A stretch of DNA of 63,043 bases, the filler included, from Aduncisulcus paluster (Eukaryota): the NCBI GenBank assembly GCA_024181965.1. It is 4 parts of 4 records of this genome, joined end to end, with 100 filler letters (N's around TTAATTAATTAA, not from the genome) between each part and the next. Parts side by side here need not be neighbours in the genome. Positions count along the whole stretch, not along the records: positions 1 to 19,497 come from BQXS01012761.1; positions 19,598 to 37,293 come from BQXS01012762.1; 2 more parts are not named here. One strand, 5' to 3'. The notes beneath the pieces were generated by a model. It was not told the origin of the DNA. It saw only the letters and a list, made by a program, of their open reading frames with translations, and did not search any database. Of this stretch, positions 11,263-22,786 are shown piece after piece (within the stretch, counting starts at the first letter, position 1; each line of letters begins with the position of its first letter). The position numbers were made by a program, and so were the translations under genes.

Positions 11263-12921
11263 TCAAGGAGTTTTATGCACAGATCCTTTCTTTTTCTTTG
11301 CCATAAGTTCTCTTTCACGGTCTATTTCTTCCCTCACTTCCTTTTTCGCAATTTCTCGAATTTTTTCCTGTTCCTTATCGGAAATAATATAAAATTCATC
11401 TGCAGTAACCGAGGCAGGACGATAATCATAAAATACTTGTACAGTTGTGGGTATCTGTGATCCCTTAACAAACCCTCGAACTTCCATATCTGCCAGAGAT
11501 TTAGTATCATCGGTAATAAGGTTTTTGGGGTCCAACTTACTCAAATAGAGAACCATTCCATACGATATATCTTTTTCATCCTTAATGGCAGACTCAATCG
11601 ATGCTTTATGAAGAGCTGAAGTCGTGTATTCAGACGTTAATGGACGGGGAGGGAATCTGATCTGTGAAGACGTCATCGGGCGTTTCATTGTTGAGGTTCG
11701 AGGGCGCATCATTTCAAGGGACATTCGAGCTCCAAAGGAAGAAGTTCCGCCAAAATAAGAAGGTCCGGCTGTAGACGAAGGTCCGGCTGTAGACGAAGGT
11801 CCGGCTGTATACGAAGAAGCACCGCCGGACACACTGGCAGTACCTCCAAAAATAGATTTCATACCACCATACATAGGTTCAGGGCCAAACGATGGAGCCA
11901 TTCCAGTTGTATAGGGATGCCCAGAAGACAGCCTTGGATGAAGAGGGGTGGATAATCGGGTCCCTGGTAGAGCCACAGAAGATGACTGAAATAGAGAATA
12001 ATCCATTTTCATGGCACCACTCTTGGTTGTAGTGCCACCCATATAGTCAGTAACATCATCATTCGGTTCGTTTGGAGGAGAAAATGGATGAGGATGAGCA
12101 GAGGCGGTCAGAGATAGACCATCAGTGATGCCAGGATTGGCCAGGATAGGTTCAGCTGCACCAGTCAAAGCAGATACAGTGGATGCACTCATTGGTGGTC
12201 TAAGAGGTGTAGATGGACGTCTTTTTGTGCCAGAAAGACCGGTAGAAATGGTCCTGGAAGCCGAGTAAGGAGAAGGTGGGATTCCACGTCTGCCTTGGCG
12301 AGATTGAAGTATTGTTAATGTTTTAGAGGAAGGTTTGCCACTTAAAAGCTGTGAAGAAGCCATAATTTGATCAAAATCTGGTTTTCGATTGAGTAAATCC
12401 TTTAATTTGGGAGGATTAGCAGTGCGACGAGCTCCAAGATATCCCGTACTTGTTGGTACAAGCGGCAAACCCTGTGCTGCTGTTAAATCAACCTCTGTTT
12501 CTATTGATAATTTTTTTGCTAACTTTTTGGCTTCTGTTCCTTTTGATACCAAAGCATTTGGATCTTTAGGAAGAACTAATGGTTTTACAAATATAGCACC
12601 TCTATGTCTCTTTGCTATTTGCCGTTTTAACGACAAGAATGACGTCGAAAGTGGAACACAAATAGAGAAATCTAAATATTGCCAATCGACTAATGAAATA
12701 TTTACAATAACACTTTTTTGGGCATATGATTCAATAATTTTTTCGCAGTCTATCAAAGATTTGGCCGAATCTATCATACTCTGTGAAAGAGTAACTGTGA
12801 AACAAGAAGATATGAAATTGAGACAAAGATAAATAAAATATTGGCATGGAACCTTACAAAAACTTATTTATGTGCACATACGCTTCTTTCCTTTCTTTCC
12901 CTTCTTCTTTTTTTTCACCAT
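11263..12921 (-). CDS. Protein with Lys-rich N-terminus and a split ubiquitin-like domain; exons 12921-12882, 12794-11263
   Basis: Intron GTATGT (12881)..CACAG (12795) adds MVKKKKKGKKGKKLTLSQS in frame to the 504-aa ORF. The centre is S/T/P/G-rich, with an 18-nt x3 repeat at ~11759-11810. The 3' end is duplicated across gap 11223-11242. Confidence 0.75.
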
Positions 12922-13160
12922 ATGTTTCAAAAACGAAAAAAATTTCACATTTTTGAAGTAGTGCCTAATCGTTTTAGGTATGGGTATAGATTGGGAAGAA
13001 AATGATTATTTAATGGAAAAAATTAATGAAAAACTCCTTTGAAAATTTGGAAATATCTCAAATTTATTCACAGAAACAATGATGGAAGTTGGAAGGTTTC
13101 GAAGGCAATAATCAATTAACACAAGCTCTTAAGCTATAATAATGTAGTAATTAAATGATG

Positions 13161-14432
13161 TTACTTTGCACCATCAGTGAAATCTCCAAAGAAATTCTTG
13201 TAAAACACAAGACCAGCAGGACTCACATCTCTGCACAATATTAATGATTTTTCGGCCTTTTCAAGGATATATAGAGCAAGTTGTCCTGATATTTTGAGGT
13301 CTTTTGCAACATCAGACACCTTAACTCGGGGATATTTACCAGATTTCTGATCAAATAACTTCTGCAAATTCTCAAAACACAATTTCTCAAATCCCCCGGC
13401 AACTTGCAAAACCCTGATATTTCTGTCTTTAATCTCGGTTTTAATTGTTGCCAATTCAAGACCTAGGCCCAAGGCTTTCATTTTTTCACATCCCAAGATA
13501 AAATCTTTTGGAGATACGATCATAACACCACGTGCCTTATTCAGAATACCATAGCACACAGCAGCATCGACACAACCACCATTAGAACGGATATATGAGT
13601 TTAGAGTGGAAAAAATTTCATGACCAAGAGCAGTATAAAAACGATCACTGTCGGCGAGTTGAGCCTTCGTCGTCACATTGACAAGTCCTATCTCCTGAAC
13701 AAAAGCATTGGCCTTAATGAGGTCTTCGTCTTCCTCTCCTTCACCGCTTTCCTTGGCTTTGTCAGCAATTTTCTTACGAGCAGAATCCAGGACATATTTA
13801 ATTTGTTTAGCATTCTCAACGAGAAGATCAAGATCACCAGCCTGCTCCAAGGTCTTTTTAACAAGCTCTCGAACCCCTTCTCGGCTGTCCTCAATCATTC
13901 GAAATAAACCTTTATCAATAGTACCTTTTCTAGCTTCTCTTTCAGCTTTTTGCCAGGGTTTCACCTCTCTCTTGAAACATATATCAAATATTTTATCATA
14001 AATAGAAGCCGATTCCTTTTTTTTAAGGCCCATAAAATAAAAGTCTTCTCCAGGATACCTAACAATAATTTGACGGGTGAATAGTTTTTGTTTTTCATCA
14101 TTAATGGATAAAATATGTTTAAGAGGGAGTTTTACAGCAGAAGAATCGGGGAATACCAGATAAATATTATGATCGGAGAAGAAAACTCTAACTTTAAAGG
14201 AAGTACCACTAGATAAGAAAAAATAGTATTATTTATAAAACAAATGAAATTAAATGAAATTAACTGAAATTTATAAGGTTACAACTTTCATATAAAAATA
14301 AGATGAAGAGAAATAAACATACCCATTGGTTACCTCCGAAGAGCAAGACAAATCTGCCAATTGACTTTCTTTTCCAAACTCTGGAATACCTCCCCCGTTA
14401 AGAATGGCTGGTAAAAAATATTTAGATTCCAT
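13161..14432 (-). CDS. VPS36: ESCRT-II subunit Vps36/EAP45, 385 aa; exons 14432-14323, 14208-13161
   Basis: Contains the winged-helix motifs GGCVDAAVCYGILNKARG..IVSPKD and LCRDVSPAGLVFYKNFF. Intron GTATGT (14322)..TCTAG (14209) restores an in-frame N-terminus of GLUE-domain length. Confidence 0.85.
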
Positions 14433-14776
14433 AGATGTAACAAAAATCCATTTTTCAATTCTATATCTAAAGGTAACCTTTATTTACTATTTATTCATAT
14501 TGATAAACATATATGTTGCAATTGTTTTAATGACAGAAAGTCAAAATATCATATTAAATAGAAATAGGGCTGTTGATTCATTTTCGAGTCTAAGTACTGA
14601 AAATTGCAATACAATTCGAAAACAAATATAAAATTTTACTATTTTAAGTAATATATGACTATAGATAGGTTTTTTGCTAATATTGAAAAACTTCTTGTAG
14701 CTTATTTTTTCTTTTTCTGTTTTTTGGGCTAAAAAGATATTGAAAGACAAGAAGTATATTAATTTATAAAAAAACA

Positions 14777-16467
14777 ATGCAGAGAGCAAATCGTTTTGAG
14801 AGGGAATTATACTGGCACCTATTTAATCTATTCGGTACTTCCACCCATAATGAAGTTCCACGTGCTGTGAAAAAATTATTACAAAAAAATGAATTCAAAC
14901 CGGCACGCCGTATTTTAAAGTCGCTTTTTCGAGACAAAAACAAACAAAACAAATATATGAAAGAGCTTAGAAAATACATTGACGAAACAAATCGAAAAGC
15001 CAGAAGTGAAGCGGTTGAAAAGGCAAAGAAATATATTTTTGCTCCATATTTTACCCTAACAGATTATCTTTATCGTCACATTCGAGAAAAAGGTTCATTT
15101 GAAATTCTAGATACCGAGATTGACCAACCTCCCGATTTTCATATTGAACATTTTGGGCCAATTTCACAATATTCAGAAGGAAGAGAAGAGGCATTCAAAT
15201 TATATGTCGAAAATGCAGAGAAAATGGTCCAGATTGTGGAAAATTCTATAATGTATGCAAAATACCTATTTGAAAACGAATTAACTCTCAAAGAAAGGGG
15301 TCAACTAAAACAAACCGAGGTAGAAATCAAAAGAATGTGCGATATACTGCTCGCTGAAGATGCTGTCTCTGATGGTAAAAAACCTATGGAGGGTGGGGTG
15401 GACTCAGATAAGCATCAACCTGATCCTGACCACGATCATCTCCATGAAAAAGACAAGGAAAAAGACAAGGAAAAAGACAAGGAAAAAGACAAGGAAAAAG
15501 AAGATTCCAAGGAAGATATCGAATCATCTCTTGTTGCTGCATATGACTATGAAGACCAGATTCATAGTATTGTTAAATCCCTTCCTCAAGAAGATCAAGA
15601 CAGATTAGCAATTATTAAGGAGTTTACTGGAATTGATTTACATAAAATACATAGATATTACGTTGAATCTGCTCGGAAATATTATCTTTTGGATAGTGAA
15701 GTGTCAAGATCCAGAGTTTGTATTTTAACATCTTCAAAGACATTTAGCAGTCCTATTCAACTCGCAGATCACGAAGAGGAGATAATCAAAGAATTTGAGA
15801 TAAAATTGTTTTCAGAAGCCAAACGAGAAATATTGAAAAAAATTGAAAAACCAGCAAAATTTACAAAACCACTGAAAGAAATGTTTATAAAACGGTTTGA
15901 AATACCAATGAAAACTGTTAAAGTCTTGAGAAAAGAAGGGATTACATGTCTAAAAGATATGGAAGGAGATGAACTTGAAATATTTGAACCAACGGAAAGG
16001 CAACGACGATTTCAGGGAATTGTATTGACTTGCACTGAGTTAATTAAAGAAATTGGAGCTCTTTTCTACAAAAAACAAGGAGAAAAAAAACAAGAAGAAC
16101 TTGAAGAAAGAAGAGAAAAGTATATCGAAGATCGTGATTATCCTCCCTTTAAGAGATCTAGCCCATGTTGTATTATCAAACGTACAAGTATATTTGATGA
16201 TATGTATGCCTCAGTTTTTGAGGAAGAAGAAGAATCACACACGATCGATTCGATAGGAGAAAAGGAAGAGAAGCGGAAGAGAAGAGGAAGAGGAAGAGGA
16301 AGAGGAAGAAGAGGAGATATTGATCATGGCTGACGGAGAAGAAGAGCCATTAACTGCACAGCAGGGGAGCAAGAAACATCGGAAACGGAAGTCTTATGAA
16401 CCTTGCATGGATCGATTCAACAAAGTCTTTGAATGGACTGGCTCCAGTGGAGATGAATTCTTCTGAA
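14777..16467 (+). CDS. Charged hypothetical protein (518 aa to 16333; probably extends to 16467 via a +1 frameshift near 16280)
   Basis: Long ORF with (KDKE)n repeats. The +1 frame continues EEEE..ILIMADGEEEPL..GDEFF*. Confidence 0.65.
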
Positions 16468-16775
16468 TCAGAAGCTTCTGATTATTTGTGCATGGCGACA
16501 CAATTATGTGTGCTGTAGAATCAATCGCAGTGGGTGTTTTTACGAGTTTATTATTATTATTATTATTATTATATTTTTTTTATATTTCATTTTACTTTTG
16601 ATTTATAATTTATTTAGATTCTCAGTGTAGCACAGTAGTTTATCATTAAATTGACCGAAATAAATCATTATTTTCAATGGAACCCATTGCAATGGGTAGA
16701 ATTTCTCATCGATCTATTAATTTAAAATTTTAGTAAAATAAATGGTTAATCTAATAGCATTTTGTTGAAAGCTCA

Positions 16776-16929
16776 CAGTTGTAACCGTGCAAGGCCTTTC
16801 AGTTAACACTTTTTTGTGGCATTAGGACTGAGAGGGCATTCATTGGTTATAACTGATAACTAAAAACTTAACAGCATAGATCCAACATCTTTGGGCTGAA
16901 TGAGTTCACACTCACTTTGGATGGGGGTC
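16776..16929 (+). ncRNA. Candidate structured RNA (long hairpin plus second hairpin)
   Basis: Stems 16776-16786/16845-16855, 16787-16790/16836-16839 and 16795-16804/16826-16835 include several G-U pairs. The region is intergenic and no family was recognised. Confidence 0.3.
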
Positions 16930-17912
16930 ATAGATCACCAATGAGTCCGGCACCAAGAATATGTGTTGTTCTATTGCTATATCCTTTCTATGACATATTG
17001 CAAAGGAATTACAAAGTGAAAACAAAACAAAACAAACAAATAAACTGAATTAGTTTTTTTTATCAATCGAGCAAAGAGCAGAGAAGAGTGAGAACGATTC
17101 GAATTTTCGAAAACCAAATGAAACACGAAGTATAGCTTCTCTGCCAAGAAGTCGATGATATATATACAATATTCACAGATTTCAACTGTACCTAATTATC
17201 ATATTTTGTGACTTTATAATCCAATATGTAAACAAAACTCGGGAGTTATGAAAAGACTTTGTAAAATTTTGTGTCAGGAGTGGATTCACAAGGATTGCAT
17301 GCAATATATGGTCCAAGGAAAATGGTTATATATTTTTATGTATATATTATACGGTNNNNNNNNNNNNNNNNNNNNGAAAACCAAATGAAACACGAAGTAT
17401 AGCTTCTCTGCCAAGAAGTCGATGATATATATACAATATTCACAGATTTCAACTGTACCTAATTATCATATTTTGTGACTTTATAATCCAATATGTAAAC
17501 AAAACTCGGGAGTTATGAAAAGACTTTGTAAAATTTTGTGTCAGGAGTGGATTCACAAGGATTGCATGCAATATATGGTCCAAGGAAAATGGTTATATAT
17601 TTTTATGTATATATTATACGGTATCACTTTCCAAGATTGTCACATTGGCAATCAAGTCGTTGTGTATTCGCTTCTTGTTGTTTTGTTTGTGTTAATAACA
17701 ACTTGTATGTTTACTATATCTCACATCTTTTATTAAATGCACATTAAGACATATTTTAATCTGTGACATTCAATTATACTCACTATATTGTGCTGTGTGG
17801 TCGTTTCTCGTTCCTTTCCTGTTTGTTTTATCTTTTTCATTCTGTTTGTCCACAAATATTATTATCATTCTGTTTATTTTTATTTTTTAGATAAGATTCT
17901 ATCTCTATTCAA

Positions 17913-19007
17913 ATGAGGTCATCCATTGGTGTTATTCAAACTGTGGAACCTGAGTTTATACATGAAGGAGAGTTGAGTTGCTGTCCAATTCCTAGAGATG
18001 CCCCCAATATTAAGAGCGCTGAGTTTCCAACAATCAAAGCAATAGATGGAACCAAGGAAGAAGGTGATGAAAAGTACGATCAGAGTTCTTATGCACAAAA
18101 GATGGTGAAAGGGGAGCATAATGATGGACAATTTACCGATATCTCCATTCCTTTCTCTTCATCTTCCCCAATGAAAGGGGCTTATATCTGTCTATATCGT
18201 TATCTTTCACCTCCATCACATCTTATCTTCACTCTCACATCTTCAAAGGGTGATAAAACATCCAAGAAATACGAGTTTCCTGAATTTTATAGATTTCATT
18301 GGTACTTCCTTCCTATTGACCTCTCTGATGTTGTTCTATGTGAGATTACAGGGAAAGGAAGAAAGGAAGAGTGTTTCAATATTCTATCCCTCGTTTTCAT
18401 TAGAGAAGAAACTCCTGAAGAAATCAAATCTCGTGAAACTAGAGAGAAACTATGGTCTGAAACTCCAACTGTGAAAGCAGAGTTTATTATGGAAGCAGCT
18501 AGGGAATCTAAACCTAGAGATTCTATTCCCATTCCACGTGATGATCCAAAGCTTGTAGATCCTTCATTCTCGATGGTTAAGTGCAAGGATGATGCGTATA
18601 GCAAGGAATCTGAGGAGTATGATCAGAGTTCAAGAGCACAAAAAATGTTAAAAGGGGAAGATTTTGTAGCTTTATCCCATCTTTCTATCCCTTTCCCATC
18701 ACCTAATCCTATGAAAGGTGCTTATATCTGTGTGGATAAGGTTTGGGGTTCACCCTCTCTTCTCTTCACTTTCACTGATTGTGATGGTAAGAAAATATAC
18801 AAAAGGTATGAATTCACAAAACCTAAACATGATTTTGTATGGTACTTCCTTCCGATAGATTTGGATAATGTTGTATTGTGTGAGATTGAAGGGAAATCAA
18901 TGTGGGAAGAGAAGAATAGTCGATGTTTCTGCATCTACTCCCTTATATTTACTATGCCCGAGGAAACGATTGCAGCTGAACGATTATCTCTACTTCCCTG
19001 GAAATAA
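17913..19007 (+). CDS. Lineage-expanded two-repeat-domain protein, 364 aa (may have an upstream exon; acceptor-like TTTTAG at 17890)
   Basis: Two ~180-aa internal repeats (PIPRD..YDQSS.AQKM.KGE..SIPF..PMKGAYIC..KKYEF..WYFLPIDL..VVLCEI.GK). Confidence 0.85.
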   Translation: MRSSIGVIQTVEPEFIHEGELSCCPIPRDAPNIKSAEFPTIKAIDGTKEEGDEKYDQSSYAQKMVKGEHNDGQFTDISIPFSSSSPMKGAYICLYRYLSPPSHLIFTLTSSKGDKTSKKYEFPEFYRFHWYFLPIDLSDVVLCEITGKGRKEECFNILSLVFIREETPEEIKSRETREKLWSETPTVKAEFIMEAARESKPRDSIPIPRDDPKLVDPSFSMVKCKDDAYSKESEEYDQSSRAQKMLKGEDFVALSHLSIPFPSPNPMKGAYICVDKVWGSPSLLFTFTDCDGKKIYKRYEFTKPKHDFVWYFLPIDLDNVVLCEIEGKSMWEEKNSRCFCIYSLIFTMPEETIAAERLSLLPWK

Positions 19008-19042
19008 TCCAAGGATAATGATNNNNNNNNNNNNNNNNNNNN

Positions 19043-19497
19043 GAAAGAAATCTATTTGTTTCTCCTCCTCTTCCTTGTCTTCAATATCTTCTTCACTTTC
19101 ACTGGGAGGTGATTGGTTAAGTAAAGCATGAGCTGTGGCCTGCTCTTCTAAAACCTCCTTGATATCCCTCAAATGTTGTTGGTTATTTTGATATTCAAGC
19201 TCTTTTGCCCGCTTTGAGGTAACGAACCGTCCTTTTTCTCTTTTTCGAGAATCAGCCATAGCTTTTCGTGATTTATAACGAATCTTATCTTTTTTCACTC
19301 GTCTTTGACGTCTAAATATTCTAAATTCTTCAAGTAAGCTGGCTCTGGATGGAGGGTCATACTTCCCAATTTTTTTTTGTTAAAAAGGAATGCCGTACAA
19401 TAGGAGTCGTTGAAGGGTCAAAAATAAATGACTTTCTCCCATCCCCACGTGGATGGAAATAAATATTACTAAAAACAGAAACATCAACAGATCTAGG
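19043..19497 (-). repeat. Redundant copy of ~5640-6089 (part of the CCT gene), probably an assembly artefact
   Basis: Near-identical to the original, bounded by N gaps, with one extra T in a T-run. Confidence 0.85.
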
Positions 19498-19597
19498 NNN
19501 NNNNNNNNNNNNNNNNNNNNNNNNNNNNNNNNNNNNNNNNNTTAATTAATTAANNNNNNNNNNNNNNNNNNNNNNNNNNNNNNNNNNNNNNNNNNNN
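19498..19597. other. Artificial scaffold spacer (44N + TTAATTAATTAA + 44N); also at 37294-37393 and 57537-57636
   Basis: The same 100-nt construct with six-frame stops occurs three times, and genes are truncated at the junctions. Confidence 0.97.
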
Positions 19598-19993
19598 AGA
19601 GGAATTGATGATACAATGGAGTTTGTTGAGAAACTTTGTTTCTTGTTATCAAAGAACATGACTCCTAAACTCTCCAGTTCTCCCCTTTTCAAAACCCTCT
19701 TGACCATTGAGGATGGCAAGTACGAACCTGTTCATAAAGTGTTGAATGAAGTATTCACAGGTCTCACTCTGCTTGATGTTGACAAACGCATGAGTGTGCA
19801 TGAAGCTCGTGTGAAAGTCCAATGCATCAAACCTTTCCTTCCCACGATTGGCGAAGACTATGAGTGTCCAAGCATTGAAGCCATTATCCGTGAGCAACGC
19901 AAGAAGTATGGTGGCTCTGTTGGAACCATTGAAGGAATGAGATGTGGTGTTGCTGGTGTTGAGCATGAGGAAGGTTGGGATCAGAGTCAGTGA
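19598..19993 (+). CDS. C-terminal fragment of a protein kinase (5'-truncated by spacer)
   Basis: LNEVFTGLTLLDVDKRMSVHEA resembles kinase subdomain XI with the invariant Arg. The frame is open from the contig start. Confidence 0.5.
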   Translation, partial: RGIDDTMEFVEKLCFLLSKNMTPKLSSSPLFKTLLTIEDGKYEPVHKVLNEVFTGLTLLDVDKRMSVHEARVKVQCIKPFLPTIGEDYECPSIEAIIREQRKKYGGSVGTIEGMRCGVAGVEHEEGWDQSQ

Positions 19994-20944
19994 GTGATGT
20001 GGAAAGATTCTGATGTAAGATTTTATTTTTATTCTTAATGCCATCAAGTTAATGGAACAATTGAGAGAAGAGTTCATTTCAAGCTTGAAGTTGATTGTTG
20101 ATGGTTGATGGTTGAACAAGTTGCATACTCTCCTTCACGATGAGACATTATTATTGAACTTTGGAGCGTTGTTTGGAATTGTTCTCTATTCTGTATTATT
20201 ATTATTGTTGTTATAAAAACATACATTCATGAAGTAAAAACATGGAACTAATTAATCATAAATTAATCGCACAATCACAATATACTCCATCATTCGAGTC
20301 CAAGAAACTATCGTTGTTTGCACCTATCGTAGAATACTGAAGGAGAAAAGAACAGCGACAAATTGGCATCATCAAGGAAAATCGAAGATGCATTCTCTGT
20401 CAATGTAATCAACAGTGACAACGTGGAGTTCCATGAGAATTGGAATGATTCGATTATCATGGAACATATCTGCACACAAATTGCCCATTGTTCAAGTCAA
20501 ACATATCATCAAACCGGGCACTGTGGCATATATTCAACTGTTATCTCCGATTCTTCTGTGCGTGTCTTCTGTGTGTGTCTTTTTGGAATATTTCTCCTTT
20601 GCAATTGTCCATGTCTCCAACCAATAAAGTTAAGTGAGAGATGTCGATCTATATCATCTATCAGTCAATAATAATATCCAATAACTCGAACATATTGGAT
20701 ATATACATAAACTATAAATAAATATAAATACATAAATACTATAAATATTACTTTGTTTGTAATTCATACGCACAGTCGGTGGAACTGGTAACTTCACTTC
20801 ACTGGATCATGGAATTAAGGATAGGACAAAAAAAGGGAGCAGAACCTTTTGAAATAATAATTTCACGAATTATTTCAACACGAATTACTACCAAATTACT
20901 TCCAAATTACTCCGGAATTACTTCCGAATCAAGCTATATATTCT

Positions 20945-22579
20945 CTAAATCACGTTAATGAAGATATCCTTTGGGTATATACAGATGTCCAGCTCAGTGT
21001 TAATGAGAACAAACCCATCAACGGGCGTATATCCAGACCCAGATAAACAGATAAACTTTAACTCAAACTCTGTCGATCCTCGTGGTGCGATTGCCTTTAG
21101 ATCAACAGGATATTCGCCCGGAGCTACATTGACAGACCCAAAGATAGGTTTGATACGAAGTGAGGGTAAGATCTTCACCCTAGGGTTAATTACTGCCATT
21201 CTAAGGGAGAATATTTGCCCAACTTCTATAGATGGGGGTTTAGAGAGCATCTCAAGGCTCGGTTGGGATGATGATGCATTGGCAGAGCTATCAGGATGAT
21301 ATCTTGAAGTAGAAGAAGTGGAAGAAGATGCAATACTGACATGACGCCTGACAAAAGAAGTAGATTTCTCACCTTTAACTCCAAAGGGTCCAAACCATTC
21401 AATACGAACAGTGCCAACATCAATGGGAGCCAATGGGAGAGCTGTATCGGCAGAGATACGATGTACAACAGTGTACACATCATCTGGGCTAAGAATAGGA
21501 TCCACGGAGGAAAAAGCATCTTCTAGTTGACTAGAGAAAGCTGAAGATTCTGATACAAATGAGGAAGAAGAGGAGGGAAGAAGAAGAAGAAGAACGGGAA
21601 GAATTGGATTGTTTGGAAGTCGGAATGGTTTGTTGCTGGAGAGGAATGGTCGAAATATCAACGGGATCTGAATATCCTTTACAACAATCAAAAGAAATCT
21701 TGTTCAAGGAAATTGTCCATGGGGAAACATTCTTGATATCGGTTTCAACTAGTACAATACGTTGGGAACATGAAATTCGAGATTTCGTCATCAAAGCATC
21801 GAAAAATTGAACTGGGAAAGAAAGCGAACGAATTTGTGCTGGCATTGTATTGGTTTTGAGTTCAACTGTAAGGAGAGCTTCCATAGAACGTGTAATATTC
21901 ATTGAAAATGGGATTTTTTGCTGTTTTCCCAGGGGGAGAGAGGAAATTTTGTATTTTTTTAGAATATCATAGGATTTTCCTGTCTCTCCTTTTGTTTTAA
22001 GGATAACATTCATTTCTAAATTACTATNNNNNNNNNNNNNNNNNNNNATCAAAGCATCGAAAAATTGAACTGGGAAAGAAAGCGAACGAATTTGTGCTGG
22101 CATTGTATTGGTTTTGAGTTCAACTGTAAGGAGAGCTTCCATAGAACGTGTAATATTCATTGAAAATGGGATTTTTTGCTGTTTTCCCAGGGGGAGAGAG
22201 GCAATTTTGTATTTTTTTAGAATATCATAGGATTTTCCTGTCTCTCCTTTTGTTTTAAGGATAACATTCATTTCTAAATTACTATAAGCTACTTTTGTAC
22301 TTGTTAAAAATATATAATATGATTGAATGGATCCACAAGCGATATGTTTAACCTTGGATGGGGGGAAAGGTTCAATCACTGGACAAAACATATCATAAGG
22401 GAGTAAATCTCCTTTAAATCTGAATGTACATGGGAATATCGAAGGCGTTGAAGCAGTTGCAGTTGAAAATTGCTGGGGAATAAACACTAAACGAAAAAAA
22501 GTAAATATGAGTTTTAAAACATAAATAATTATCGAAAAATATTATCATAATACATACGCGAAATTGATATTGAATCCAT
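20945..22579 (-). CDS. TRAPPC13: TRAPP complex subunit 13-like; exon 1 22579-22558, intron 22557-22487; +1 frameshift at ~21576; duplication at gap 22028-22047
   Basis: Motifs VLVETDIKNVS..ISLNKISF, VGTVRIEWFGPFGVKG, PPSIEVGQIFSLRMAVIN and IAPRGSTEFELKF match TRAPPC13/DUF974. The GTATGT..TTTAG intron is in frame. Confidence 0.7.
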
Positions 22580-22786
22580 ATCTCTTCTATATATTCTAGT
22601 CTTGGTCAAATTAACTTGGCGAATTCCCAAAGTTGTTCTGCTTTTAATTGTTAAGTTTTATCACCAAAATTAAAATATATACTGTACTATAGCATTTATT
22701 AACCATAATCATTAACTCTGATTCTGGTTACTTCCAACAATAACTGAAAATCATCAGGTTTGCTTGAATTTAAAATATCAAAGTGG

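Noticed and set aside
10961..11504. Apparent tandem gene duplications at 20-N gaps (11223, 17356, 22028, 29996, 33719, 39756, 51686)
   Set aside because: Each is a 240-430-nt overlap placed exactly at a gap, typical of unmerged contig ends.
19542..19553. TTAATTAATTAA palindromes (also 37338 and 57581) as piggyBac sites or regulatory motifs
   Set aside because: Each is centred in an identical 44N flank, so they are artificial linkers. Gene neighbourhoods across them are meaningless.
20883..20927. (AATTACTNCC)-like short tandem repeat as telomeric sequence
   Set aside because: Only about four degenerate units, internal, and not a TTAGGG-type repeat.
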